A stretch of DNA of 64,000 nt from Chrysomallon squamiferum (lineage: Eukaryota > Animalia > Mollusca), in the NCBI GenBank assembly GCA_012295275.1, contig CM022679.1:29388001-29452000 (forward strand). Direction: 5' to 3'. A program made the position numbers and the translations under genes. The notes beneath the pieces were generated by a model that did not search any database, was not told where the DNA came from, and saw nothing but the letters and a program-made list of their open reading frames with translations. Numbering within the stretch: the first letter of the stretch is position 1; the number at the start of each line of letters is the position of its first letter. This document shows, one piece after another, positions 17,806-40,207 of the stretch.

Positions 17806-18852
17806 GAACACACACAGATACAAAAGTTTGTATATTTATAAATCATACTTACTCACTAGGATCTCCACTTCAAAAACAAAATATTATTTCATTTAAACAA
17901 AAACGTAACTGTAATATACTATATAATATATTTAAATACAATACACTACGCTTATAAATTTAAACACGTAATATTATAAATATAATAAATTTACAGTTAT
18001 ATATATATGTGTGTGTACGATATCACTATATATAAGATAAAGTCATGGTGGTATATTTAAGTTATATAATAATATAAATAACAATAACGTATATACAAAT
18101 TATAATAAAGGTTTCGTTATCAATGAAAATGATACAAACGTACGTTCACACAGACACAGTTGAAATAAATCATATTAAACTAGACTGTACTAAAGTATGA
18201 TATGTCGACGTCATGATAGAGATTTACTAATATCTAGAGAAATAATTAAACTAATACGTACGAGTCACCAGACAGTTCTAACCTAAACGAATAAAAGATA
18301 AACATAATCATTAGAAAATATTTCCTAGACAACAAAACGAACCTTTCTGATTTGTATTAGTCAAACACCAATAGTATAGCAGCTGTAGTAGGAAAAGTAA
18401 TATCTACAATTACATCATTAACATAATCAACGTCATAAATTATACTATTTATGGCTGTTACTATGGAAAATGTCAATAGGTCTACAGGATACATCTTTTA
18501 TACAATAGCCATTTTCCCAGAATGTCCACAACTTTCTTAGAACAATCACACTTTCCTAGAATGTCAACAACTTTCTTAGAAAAACCATACTTTCCCAAAA
18601 CGTCCACAACTTTCTTATAATAACCATACTTTCCTAACAATAAAGCTACAAGTAAGTCGTTGACAGAAATAGAATGAAGCAAAAGAAGAAAATGAAATAT
18701 TCTACTCACGCGCAGTCAGCGACGCAGTTGTCATAATCTTCATCATCACCATCACTATCATTACCATCATCGTCGTCGTCGTCGTCATGTGCCATTGACA
18801 GTGTTGCAACAGCGAATAGCAGAGACAGTAGGAGCAGTAGTCTTAGATCCAT
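16544..18852 (-). CDS. Copy D, divergent acidic paralogue: MDLRLLLLLSLLFAVATLSMAHDDDDDDDGNDSDGDDEDYDNCVADCAGDPSEFIDECEETCDKIFEDVSVEVEK*
   Basis: Exons 18852-18710 (phase 2, gtgagt), 17867-17853 (15-nt micro-exon, aag|...|gtaagt), 17169-17103 (67 nt, gtaagg), terminal exon starting with TGA at 16546-16544, whose UTR (catgaaac..ttttatttctaa..gaataaa) resembles the family 3' UTR. TATAAATA at 19178-19171. Confidence 0.72.
18495..18640. repeat. ~39-bp degenerate tandem repeat in intron 2 of copy D
   Basis: About 4 units of (a)caactttcttag..actttcc..gaatgtc. Confidence 0.7.
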
Positions 18853-18914
18853 CGTGTCTTTAAGTATAAATAATACATAAAAATACGTGTGCAGGAACAG
18901 AGAGAGAGAGAGAA

Positions 18915-18945
<31 letters not shown>

Positions 18946-18974
18946 CAGAGACAGAGACAGAGAAAGAGAGAGAG

Positions 18975-19012
<38 letters not shown>

Positions 19013-19073
19013 TGTGTGTGTATGTGTAAGCATGTATATATCTGTTTGTGTATGTATGTATGTTCGTACGTAC

Positions 19074-19180
19074 CTATAAAACTATGCCAAGAATAATCTT
19101 TGAAAACTGAAAAGTCGAACTTCTTTTTCCTTCAGTCCAAAAAGCTACTTCTGTTAGCCGAACAAGCCGATATTTATATA
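19074..19180 (-). promoter_or_regulatory. TATA box and non-coding exon 1 of copy D
   Basis: TATATAAATA on minus strand; leader contains the family motif ttttggactgaag; candidate donor ag|gtacgt at 19073. Confidence 0.5.
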
Positions 19181-19783
19181 CAATGAAAGATTAATAAATT
19201 ATGAAAGCATGAAGTTCATCAACATTATTTAATTACCTTTTATACATAGAAAACTGAGTTTTAACTAATTTGGTTTAAAAAGCAGTTAAGTATAACAAAA
19301 AAAAAAAAACACACACAAAAAAAAAAAAAAAAACACACACACAAAAGAAACCAACGACTAAACAACAAGCAGATGTTTTCAGAAACTGTTTATCGAGAAG
19401 TAAAATGGGAATTAATTTATTAATTTTGACCATTTATTTTTAAGTGCTTAATTAATTAATCGTGTGAATGTTTAATTGGATTATTTCAATTTGGCGGAAT
19501 CGCTAAAAGAAAACTTACTGATATGATGTTCTAATTGTAATGAACTGTTCCATATTACTTGGAAACCTATCGTCTTTAAATAATTTTAATAATAAGCTAT
19601 CCATCTAAAAGTATTTATTATAAGATAAGATAAGATAATGCTTTGTTGACCACAAGGAATTGGTTTTCAATCACAGAGTTAGCTGTCACATATAGAACAA
19701 AATAACAAAACAAGAACAACATAAGGAAAAATTTACATTAGAGAGAGAGTAACAATAAATTATACAAAATTAAATACATTTAT

Positions 19784-19829
<46 letters not shown>

Positions 19830-19940
19830 ACACACACACACACACACCACACACACACACACACATACATCGGTAAACATTAAGTCAACTCGAATCCCTA
19901 AAGATAAATTTAGAAAAATGATCTTTTTGTTTTAATTCTT

Positions 19941-19986
<46 letters not shown>

Positions 19987-20159
19987 CCCACACACACAGA
20001 CACAAAAACACACACACACATGAAAAACAAAAGTTAAAGAAAACCTGCGACAGTAAACCACTTTACACTGTAGAGAGACGTTAAAAAGAACACTGAGTGA
20101 AATTAAATAATAACAAACACGTTATCATAAAAAGAAGATAGCTGACTAAATTCGTGAAT

Positions 20160-20650
20160 GAGCTCATTAACTGTACATATAACAAAGCTGTGCTTATAAA
20201 ACAGACAAATACTTATGTTTCGAACTGCTTGAGCTCATTAGCTGTACATATAACAAAGCTGTGCTTATAAAACAGACAAATACTTATGTTTCGAACTGCT
20301 TGAGCTCATTAGCTGTACATATAACAAAGCTGTGTTTATAAAACAGACAAATACTTATGTTTCGAACTGCTTGAGCTCATTAGCTGTACATATAACAAAG
20401 CTGTGCTTATAAAACAGACAAATACTTATGTTTCGAACTGCTTGAGCTCATTAACTGTACATATAACAAAGCTGTGTTTATAAAACAGACAAATACTTAT
20501 GTTTCGAACTGCTTGAGCTCATTATGTTATAACAAAGCTGTGTTTATAAAACAGACAAATACTTATGTTTCGAACTGCTTGAGCTCATTAGCTGTACATA
20601 TAACAAAGCTGTGCTTATAAAACAGACAGATACTTATGTTTCGAACTGCT
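20160..20650. repeat. 71-bp tandem repeat x7
   Basis: Units start at 20160, 20231, 20302, 20373, 20444, 20515, 20581; a single inverted monomer lies at ~15000-15070. Confidence 0.95.
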
Positions 20651-20839
20651 GGGAATTTCACCAAGTGAGACGGCGCCATCTTATTTTTGCAGTAATGTAA
20701 AATTCAGCTGCACCAGACAACCCTGGGAAAACAATTAATTAATTAACAATGTGGGAAAACGCGGGTATGGGGAGAGAGAGACGATTTTTCACAGTTTTGA
20801 TCAAAGACAGTGAAACAGAAACAACACACTGAAGAAAAT

Positions 20840-21070
20840 TAGCATATTTCATTATTAATTTAATTAATATGCAAATAAGCTAAATATATTTAATCTAAAC
20901 TGATAAATATGTAACAGTTATGTAATTATTACATTAATTTATATGCAAAAAAAAGTAAAGCATATTTAATTAAGGTTAATTAATATGCAAATAAGATAAC
21001 TATATTTAATTAATAATATGCAAATAAGCTATGTTTAATTATTAGGTTAATTAATAATATGAAAATAAGG
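20840..21070 (+). promoter_or_regulatory. Cluster of octamer (ATGCAAAT) motifs upstream of copy E
   Basis: Perfect ATGCAAAT at 20869, 20985 and 21018 plus near matches at ~20943 and ~21059, each in a ttaattaat context; homologous clusters upstream of most copies. Confidence 0.45.
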
Positions 21071-21688
21071 TAAACAGATGTTGTGATTAATCAGCTAAAA
21101 TTAGCTCTCAGGACTGGATCTTGTTAACTGGAATAATGACGTTTGTCTATGGAAGACTGCGTATTTAACATATTAATAAATGTGACCCCACACTGTTAAA
21201 CGAGTGTTAAGGAACAGATTTATGCTACTAGAGTTAAACTGTATTTCAAAACTCTGCCGTGGAGTAAAGAAAGTGATTTATAAATTGTAATTGAACAGTG
21301 AAAAGAGAATTATCATGTTATAATTAATAGGTAAATCTATTTATAAGTAATTGTAATCATTTATTTCTAACGGCTCTGTTAACAATGTGTAACTGTGTTT
21401 AGTCTGTTAAACACATTTGCTATATTAAACGAATTTGTAAAAACAATTCCAATGATAAATACAACCTAAAACAAACAAACGATGAAACCAAAAAAAAAAA
21501 AAAAAAATAATAATGATCATTATTATTAATATGTTTTGTATAATTAGCACCACGTTCAGACTGTCAAACTCATTTGCATATTAAACGAATTTGTAAAAAA
21601 AATAATAATATTAATAAAAATCCGACGATAAACACAAACTAAGAAAGTCCAACAATAATAATAATAAATCAGTTATTCATTTGCTCTG

Positions 21689-21770
21689 TATAAATAGCAT
21701 CACGTTCAGACCAAAAATCATACAAGTTCAAATTTGCTCTTTGGACTGAAGAAAAGAGAAAGCTTTGAAG
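21689..21770 (+). promoter_or_regulatory. TATA box and non-coding exon 1 of copy E
   Basis: TATAAATA 21689-21696, TCATAC initiator-like ~30 nt downstream, donor gaag|gtatgt at 21771. Confidence 0.65.
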
Positions 21771-21938
21771 GTATGTCTTGATTTTATTCATGGTATGTGC
21801 CCACTTAAAATTATTATCTAACCATCTATCTATAAGCATACACGCATAGCCAGACATAAACATTATAATTTTGACAGTTACGTGTATATTTTAATGCTGA
21901 TAGTTACGTTTATATTTCAATATGTTTGTATTACAGAT

Positions 21939-24656
<2,718 letters not shown>

Positions 24657-24819
24657 GTTTCGAACATCAACATGAAAACATCATTTTATTTCTAAAACTG
24701 AATGATGAATAAAATATGATACTGAAAACATATCTTGTTGTTTGCTTTTCTTCTGTTTTTTTTTTTTTTTTTTTTTTTTTTATCTTCGATTCCTTTTCGT
24801 CTTTTGCATTGTAAAATGT

Positions 24820-25430
24820 GACAGAGTATTTCCGGTCTGGTGAGGACAAGAAACAACTTCCGGTTTTCTGGTCTTTAGACCAACTGGTAATTTTACCAGA
24901 TGGCACGGCAGGCCATTTTCTGAGGGTCCTGTTAAGGGCGTTTTTGTCACACTGTTTTTAAAAACAGTAAATTCATTTTCACGAATAATCGCTTTCGAAA
25001 TTTTAAGTCTTATTAACCACATGCATCTCCAAATATTTTTGCGAAAAAAAGGTGTAAAATTTGCCTGACAAATTCGTCCAAGTGAGCTTAGCAGGTGAGC
25101 GAACATTTCAAAAATACATATCCTTTGGATAGATCATTTATTTAACTTTATTTCTGCCAGATTTCTGGAAATCTAACGTCGCGAACATGGTTTGTTCCGT
25201 GGCGGACGATGTTGAGCGCAGTTCTTTGTTATAGTAATGGACGTCGCTGTTTGAGGATACGTCAAGGAAATGCTGCCTTCTGATTGGTCGAGAGCGTTTT
25301 CAGCCATTTTTTTAGTTTTTGTTAATATTTCCTTTGGTTTCAACTAAATAAAAAAAAATGTTTACTGTTCTCTCTTATACATTTTTAAGGAGATATAGGC
25401 ATTTTTGTCACAGTTTTTTTCGTACTCTGG
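24820..25430. mobile_element. Putative TE-derived insertion immediately 3' of copy E
   Basis: Higher-GC block that replaces the flank shared by the other units; a short piece (caacttccggttttctggtcttt) also occurs in intron 2 of E at ~22470. No termini or ORF identified. Confidence 0.35.
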
Positions 25431-25434
25431 ATCA

Positions 25435-26830
25435 CAGTAACTGGCCAACTGACATAATAAAACAATAGGAAAAAAACTGGAACATTTTCCAGCCTCTAAA
25501 ATTGCCATAACTATGTTCAATTTTATAGACATTTAAAAAATTTGTTATTCAGTTTGTTTGTTTCTTAAGGATCTATCCAATTAAATCCAGGACATTTTCT
25601 GTTATCTTTGAGGTGAATGTTTTTTTTTTTTAACATACCAACAATTTGTGGTGAGGAAAAAAATAAAATAAAACGAAAAATCTTTTTATCTGGAAATTCC
25701 ACCATTTTTATTTTCAAATTAAGTGAAATTTGACAACAGAGCTGCACTAAGAAACACTTTAGGTAATATTAGTTAGTTTATAATGTTTAATACCTGGGGG
25801 CTTCAAACAGAGGATTTCTCATGGTCAAAATCAAAGAAAGATGAACATTTTTTATATTTATAGTTGTGGACTGTTTAAAAATTTGAACTTTGGTTTTATT
25901 TACTGTAATCGACAAGAAGCTGTCCAGTGAACTAAAACGTGTTGAACGTGTTAAACGAAATAGAAACAAAAACTGAAGTAAATTAGCATATTTAATTCTT
26001 AAGTTAATTAATATGCAAATAATGTAAGTATATTGAATCAAGTTGATAAATATGTAAACAATTAATATTAAATTTAATTATTACGTTAATTTATATGCAA
26101 ATAATTTAAGCAAATTTAATTAAGGTTAATTAATATGCAAATAAGGTAAATATATTTGACTATTAGATTAATTAATAATATGAAAATAAGACAAGCATAT
26201 GTTGTCATTTTAATCAGCTAAAATCTGCTCTCTCGACACTTTATCTGGTTAACTGGAATAATGCGATTTGTCTACGTGAAGTAAATAAAGCAGTTTATAA
26301 ATGCTAAGTGAACAGCAAAATGTTAATAATCAAGTTACCTTTAATTAAATAGGTAAATCTATATGTAAGTAATTGTATTAATTAATTTTTTTGACGGCTC
26401 ATTTAACAATATAATTGGCCAACTGACATAATAAAACAATAAGAAAAAACTGGAACATTTTCCAGAATCTAAAATTGCCATAACTCCTTCAATTTTCAAG
26501 ACATTTCAAAATTTGTTATTCAGTTTGTTTGTTTCTTAAGGATCTATCCAATTAAACAGGACATGTTCTGTTATCTTTGAGGTGAATGTTTTTTTTTAAC
26601 GTACCAACAATTTGTGGTGAGGAAACAAAAAAAAAAAAAAACGAAAAAACAGAGCTGCACTAAGAAACACTTTAGGTAAAATTAGATAGTTTATAATGTT
26701 TGATTCCTGGGGGCTGCAAAGAAAGGATTTTTCATAATCGTAATCAAAGAAAGATGAAAATGACTGTTTAAAAATGTGAGCATTGGTTTTATTTACTGTA
26801 ATCGACAAGAAGCTGTCTAAAAGGTGTTGA
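25435..26830. repeat. Local direct duplication of intergenic flank
   Basis: ggccaactgacataataaaacaata...ttaaggatctatccaattaaa...gagctgcactaagaaacactttaggtaa at ~25443-25770 and ~26417-26680. Confidence 0.8.
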
Positions 26831-27289
26831 ACGTATTTTAAGTTAATTAATATGCAAATAAGGTAAGTATACTGAATCGAGTTGATAAATATGTAAACAT
26901 GTCAGCGTATTTAATCATTATGTAAATTTATATGCAAATAGCGTAAGCATATTTAATTAAGGCTAATTAATATGCAAATAATGTCAGTATATTTAATTAT
27001 TAGGTTAATATACGTTGTGGTTAATCAGCTAAAATCTGCACTGTCAGCACTTTATTTGGTTAACTGGAAAAATGCGATTTGTCTACGTGAAGTAAATAAA
27101 GCAGTTTATAAATGCTAAGTGAAAAGTGAAATGTTAATTAATTAAATTAATTATAATTAATTAAATAGGTAAATCTATATATAAGTAACTGTAATAATTT
27201 AATTTTTTTCTCCAACGGCTCAGTAAACAATAATCACAATTTAACCCGCCCAACAATAAAATTAATAAATTAGTTATTCATTTGTTCTG

Positions 27290-27371
27290 TATAAATAGCA
27301 CCACGTTCAGACCAAAAATCATACAAGCTCAAACTTGCTCTTTGGACTGAAGAAAAGCGAAAACACTGAAG
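27290..27371 (+). promoter_or_regulatory. TATA box and non-coding exon 1 of copy F
   Basis: TATAAATA 27290-27297; donor gtatgt at 27372. Confidence 0.65.
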
Positions 27372-27467
27372 GTATGTATAGATTTTAGTCATTGTATATG
27401 TCAGCTTCAGAATTATTACCTAACCACCTATCTATCTGTCTATATACTACACGCAGACAGACATAAA

Positions 27468-27780
27468 CATTTTAATGTTGATATTACGTTTATATTTTAA
27501 TGTTGACAGTTACGTTTATATTTTAATGTTGACAGTTACGTTTTTATTTTAATGTTGACAGTTATGTTTATATTTTAATGTTGACAGTTACGTGTGTATT
27601 TTAATGCTGACAGTTACGTTTATATTTTAATGTTGACAGTTACGTTTATAATTTAATGTTGACAGTTACGTGTGTATTTTAATGCTGACAGTTACGTGTG
27701 TATTTTAATGCTGACATGTACATTTTACTGTTGACGGGTACGTATGTATTTCAGTGTTGACAATTACGTTTATATTTTCA
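27468..27780. repeat. 26-bp minisatellite, ~12 units, intron 1 of copy F
   Basis: ttttaatgttgacagttacgtttata tandem units. Confidence 0.9.
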
Positions 27781-27802
27781 ATGTGTTGTTTGTATTACAG
27801 AT

Positions 27803-30294
<2,492 letters not shown>

Positions 30295-31590
30295 GTTTTG
30301 AAGATCAACATGAAAACATCATTTTATTTCTAAAACTGAATGATGAATAAAATATGATCCTTAAAACGTATCATGTTGTTTGCTTTTCTTCTGTTTTTAT
30401 CTTCATTTACTTTTCGTCTTTTCAAAACCAAAATGTTAAATGTTATGCTAACGACTGATATAAAAAATAATCGTAATCAATTAGATAAGCTTTTTTCTTC
30501 TTCTTCTTTTTTCCTTTTCGTTTTTTGAAAATCATACCTTATTTCACGAATGCATTTTTGTTAATCAGAAAAATGTCAACAGATCTTCTTAAGTTAAAAT
30601 TTTAAGTTCAAACCTGAAGTTTCAGTTCCTCAGACTTACTCTTTTTGTTCTTTTGTTGTTTTTTTGTTGATCGTCGGAGTGAGGTTGCAAAGCAGAGACA
30701 ACTTTCAACCTTGTTTTAGAAGTTGAATATTTTCTTTACTCGGTTCACATTCATTGGTACGCTGTCATGCAAGGAACCAGCAATTTTTGACAGTTACGAC
30801 TGTAATATTTCGAAAATCATCAAGATTGCAAACTCGAACATCTAGTATTTGAGATGGCCACTTTACTCAAATAACCAGTGACAGAAAATAATGTGTCAGT
30901 CGAGCGAGCCCATATCTATATACAATGAAAAATGAATACATTATGAGAGAGATGAAAGCTATTTTAAATATACATATAATTCGACTGACGAGATGATTTC
31001 TCATGGTCTAAATCAAAGAACGATGAAATTTTTTTGAATTACGGTCAAGGACTGTTTAAAAATTTGAACTTTGGTTTTATTTACTGTAATCGACAAGAAG
31101 CTGTCTAGTGAACTAAAACGTGTTGAACGTGTTAAACGAAATAGAAACACACACTGAAATGAATTAGCATATTTAATTTTTAAGTTAATTAATATGCAAG
31201 GAAGTTACGTATATTGAATCGAGTTGATAAATATTTAAATATTTAATTATAACATTAATTTATATGCAAATAGCGTAAGCATATTTAATTAAGGTAAATA
31301 AAGTTAGTATATTTAATTATTAGGTTTGTTAATAATAACATACGTTGTGATTAATCAACTAAAACCTGCTCTGTCAGCCTTTTATCTGGTTAACTGGAAT
31401 AATGCGATTTGTCTACGTGAAGTAAATAAAGCAGTTTATAAATGCTAAGTGAACACCGAAATGTTAATTAATTAAATAGGTAAATCTATATATGAGTAAC
31501 TGTAATAATTTTATTTTTTTCCAACGGTTCAGTAAACAATTAACACAACCCCAACAATAAAATTAATAAATTAGTTATTCATTTGTTCTG

Positions 31591-31672
31591 TATAAATAGC
31601 AGCACGTTCAGACCAAAAATCATACAAGCTCAAACTTGCTCTTTGGACTGAAGAAAAGCGAAAACACTGAAG
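31591..31672 (+). promoter_or_regulatory. TATA box and non-coding exon 1 of copy G
   Basis: TATAAATA 31591-31598; donor gtatgt at 31673. Confidence 0.65.
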
Positions 31673-31769
31673 GTATGTATAGATTTTAGTCATTGTATAT
31701 GTCAGCTTCAGAATTATTACCTAACCACCTATCTATCTGTCTATATACTACACGCAGACAGACATAAAC

Positions 31770-32445
31770 ATTTTAATGTTGATATTACGTTTATATTTTA
31801 ATGTTGACAGTTACGTTTATATTTTAATGTTGACAGTTACGTTTTTATTTTAATGTTGACAGTTATGTTTATATTTTAATGTTGACAGTTACGTGTGTAT
31901 TTTAATGCCGACAGTTGCGTGTGTATTGTAATGCTGACAGTTACGAGTGTATTTTAATGTTGACAGTTACGTGTGTATTTTAATGTTGACAGTTACGTGT
32001 GTATTTTAATGCCGACAGTTGCGTGTGTATTGTAATGCTGACAGTTACGTGTGTATTTTAATGTTGACTGTTACGTGTGTATTTTAATGCTGACAGTTGC
32101 CTGTGTATTTTAATGCTGACAGTTGCCTGTGTATTTTAATGCTGACAGTTACGTGTGTATTTTAATGCTGACAGTTACGTGTGTATTTTAATGCTGACAG
32201 TTGCCTGTGTATTTTAATGCTGACAGTTACGTGTGTATTTTAATGCTGACAGTTACGTGTGTATTTTAATGCTGACAGTTGCCTGTGTATTTTAATGCTG
32301 ACAGTTGCCTGTGTATTTTAATGCTGACATTTACGTGTGTATTTTAATGCTGACAGTTACGTGTGTATTTTAATGCTGACATGTACATTTTACAGTTGAC
32401 GGGTACGTATTTATTTCAGTGTTGACAATTACGTTTATATTTTCA
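31770..32445. repeat. 26-bp minisatellite, ~26 units, intron 1 of copy G
   Basis: ttttaatgctgacagttacgtgtgta tandem units. Confidence 0.95.
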
Positions 32446-32467
32446 ATGTGTTGTTTGTATTACAGAT

Positions 32468-35055
<2,588 letters not shown>

Positions 35056-36457
35056 GTTTTGAAGATCAACATGAAAACATCATTTTATTTCTAAAACTGA
35101 ATGATGAATAAAATATGATCCTGAAAACATATCTTGTTGTTTGCTTTTCTTCTGTTTTTATCTTCCTTTACTTTTCGTCTTTTCAAAACCAAAATGTTAA
35201 ATGTTATGCTAACGACTGATATAAAAAATAATCGTAATCAATTAGATAAGCTTTTTTCTTCTTCTTCTTTTTTCCTTTTCGTTTTTTGAAAATCATACCT
35301 TATTTCACGAATGAATTTTTGTTAATCAGAAAAATGTCAACAGATCTTCTTAAGTTAAAATTTTAAGTTCAAACCTGAAGTTTCAGTTCCTCAGACTTAC
35401 TCTTTTTGTTCTTTTGTTGTTTTTTTGTTGATCGTCGGAGTGAGGTTGCAAAGCAGAATAAACTTTCAACCTTGTTTTAGAAGTTGAATATTTTCTTTAC
35501 TCGGTTCCCATTCATTGGTTCGCTGTTATGCAAGGAACCAGCAATTTTTGACAGTTACGACTGTAATATTTCGAAAATCATCAAGATTGCAAACTCGAAC
35601 ATCTAGTATTTGAGATGGCCACTTTACTCAAATAACCAGTGACAGAAAATAAAGTTTCAGTCGAGCGAGCCGATATCTATATACAATGAAAAATGAATAC
35701 ATTATGAGACAGATGAAAGCTATTTTAAATAGATACAAAAATTCGACTGAGAAAAGAGAAATGATTTCTCAAGGTCTAAATCAAAGAAAGATGAAAATTT
35801 TTGAATTACTGTTAAGGACTGTTTAAAAATTAGAACTTTGGTTTTATTTACTGTAATCGACAAGAAGCTGTCTAAAAGGTGTTGAACGTGTTAAACGAAA
35901 CAGAAATACACACTGAAGTAAATTAGCATATTAAATTATTACGTTAATTAATATGCAAATAATGTAAGTATATTTAATTATTAGATTAATTAATAATATG
36001 CAAATAAGGTAAACAGATGTTGTGATTAATCAGCTAAGGTTAGCTCTCAGGACTGGATCTTGTTCACTGGAAAAATAAGGTTTGTCTATGGAAGACTGCG
36101 TATTTAACAAATTAATAAATGTGACCCCACACTGTTAAACGAGTGTTAAGGAACAGATTACAGAATCTGAACGATAAACATTTTCTGAATAACAAACATC
36201 CATAGCAATCACGTGACTGCTTCAAAGATAACATTTTGGAAAATTTAACAATCATGTGACTGAATATTCTCCACGAAATATTTGTTGTCCTATGTTGTTT
36301 GACAGCCCTGAAAACCGAATTCACAGTCTATTAACATCCAGTACACAGAACTGATACTGAAGTAATTATGTCCAAAAGAAGTAAATAAAGCAATTTATAA
36401 CTGCCAAGTAAACAGTAAAATGTGAATTATCATATTATAATTAAACACACACATACA

Positions 36458-36502
<45 letters not shown>

Positions 36503-36678
36503 AATTGTAATCATTTATTTTCAACGGCTCAGTTAACAATGTGTACACCTCTCTTTGAGGGTGGAACTGTCATTTACTATATTGAACGATTTTGCAAACA
36601 AAAATTCCAACAAACTAAAAAAAAAAAAAAAAAAAAAAAAATTAAAAATTAAAATAAATTAGTTAATTATTCGTTGTG

Positions 36679-36762
36679 CATAAATATCACTATGTTCAGG
36701 CAAAAAAATCATACATGTTTGAACTTACTCTTTAGACTGAAGAAAAGAGAAAATATTCGAAG
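36679..36762 (+). promoter_or_regulatory. Core promoter (CATAAATA) and non-coding exon 1 of copy H
   Basis: Homology to E/F/G promoters; donor gtatgt at 36763. Confidence 0.55.
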
Positions 36763-36817
36763 GTATGTAATGATTTTATTCATGGCACAAATTATTACTT
36801 ATCTATCTATCTATCTC

Positions 36818-36868
<51 letters not shown>

Positions 36869-36914
36869 CTCTGTCTATCTAAATATATGCATACACGCTT
36901 TGACAATAATGTAT

Positions 36915-37440
36915 AATTTTATTTCTGACAGTTACGTGTATATTTTAGTATTAACAGTTACTTGTCTGTTCTAATTTTGACAGTTACATTTATATTTTAA
37001 TGTTAACATTTACGTTTATATTACGTGTATATTTTAATATTATCAGTTACGTGTATATTTTAATATTGACAGTTACGTGTATAAACATTTTAATGCTGAC
37101 AGTTATATGTATATTTTACTGTTGACAGTTATGTGAGTATTTTAATGTTGACAGTTACGTGTATATTTTGATATTGACAGTTACGTGTATATTTTAATGT
37201 TGACGGTTACGTGTATATTTTAATATTATCAGTTACGTGTATAAACATTTTAATGCTGACAGTTATATGTATATTTTACTGTTGACTGTTATGTGAGTAT
37301 TTTAATGTTGACTGTTATGGGAGTATTTTAATGTTGACAGTTACGTGTATAAACATTTTAATGTTGACAGTTATATGTATATTTTACTGTTGACTGTTAT
37401 GTGAGTGTTTTAATGTTGACAGTTACCTGTATATTTTAAT
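36915..37440. repeat. 26-bp minisatellite, ~20 degenerate units, intron 1 of copy H
   Basis: ttgacagttacgtgtatattttaat units. Confidence 0.9.
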
Positions 37441-37460
37441 GTATTGTTTATATCACAGGT

Positions 37461-39380
<1,920 letters not shown>

Positions 39381-40170
39381 AAACATCATTGAAAATTTGT
39401 TATTATTAAAACTGAATGATGAATAAAATATGATCCTGAAAACATATCATGTTGTTTGCTTTTCTTCTTTTTTTTTTCTTTATCTTCGTTTCCTTTTCCA
39501 AACCAAAATGTTAAACGACTGACATAAAAAAAAAAAATAATCGTTATAAATTAGATAATCTTTTTTCTTTTTCTATTTTTTCCTTTTTTTTTTTTTTTTT
39601 TTTTTTTTGAAAATCATACCTTATTTCACGAATGCATTTTTGTTAATCAGAATTCATGATTTAAAAAAAAAAAATAAAAAAATAAAAACAAAGACAGAAA
39701 TCTTACTTCCGCAGGTTGATTATAAAACATAGTATTATGAATAACGTCTACAGATCTTCTTAAATTTTAAGTTAAAACATGAAGTTTCACTTCATCAGAC
39801 TTACTCTTTCTGTTCTTTTCAGCTGTGAGTAAAGAACATTTTGGGTTTGTTTAGTTACTACACGAAGCTCGCAAGCGAAGTAAACCGTGTGAAAGGAAAC
39901 AAATTAGCATATTTCATTATTAAGTTAATTAATACGTAAAACGGGTAATTATTTTTAATTATTAGATTAATTAATAATATGCAAATAAAGCGAACACATG
40001 TTGTGATGGATCAGCTCAAATCTGTTCTGTCAGCACAGACTCTTCTTAACTGCAATAATGCAAATTATAATATTATAATTAATTAAATAGGTAAATCTAT
40101 CTATATATATATAAAAATTAATCAAATCATACTTAACTGCAAAATTAATCTAAACTCGATTTTCAAAACT

Positions 40171-40207
<37 letters not shown>

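Noticed and set aside
18482-18709. 75-aa ORF with hydrophobic start and KKVVDILGK repeats
   Set aside because: Begins at the donor of copy D exon 2 with GTG and is a translation of a 39-bp intronic repeat.
20160-20650. 71-bp array (and the 26-, 28-, 34-, 36-bp arrays) as CRISPR
   Set aside because: Head-to-tail repeats without unique spacers, no cas genes, eukaryotic intron-containing context.
24930-25570. Kolobok/piggyBac assignment from TTAAGG motifs
   Set aside because: No matching opposite terminus or target-site duplication found.
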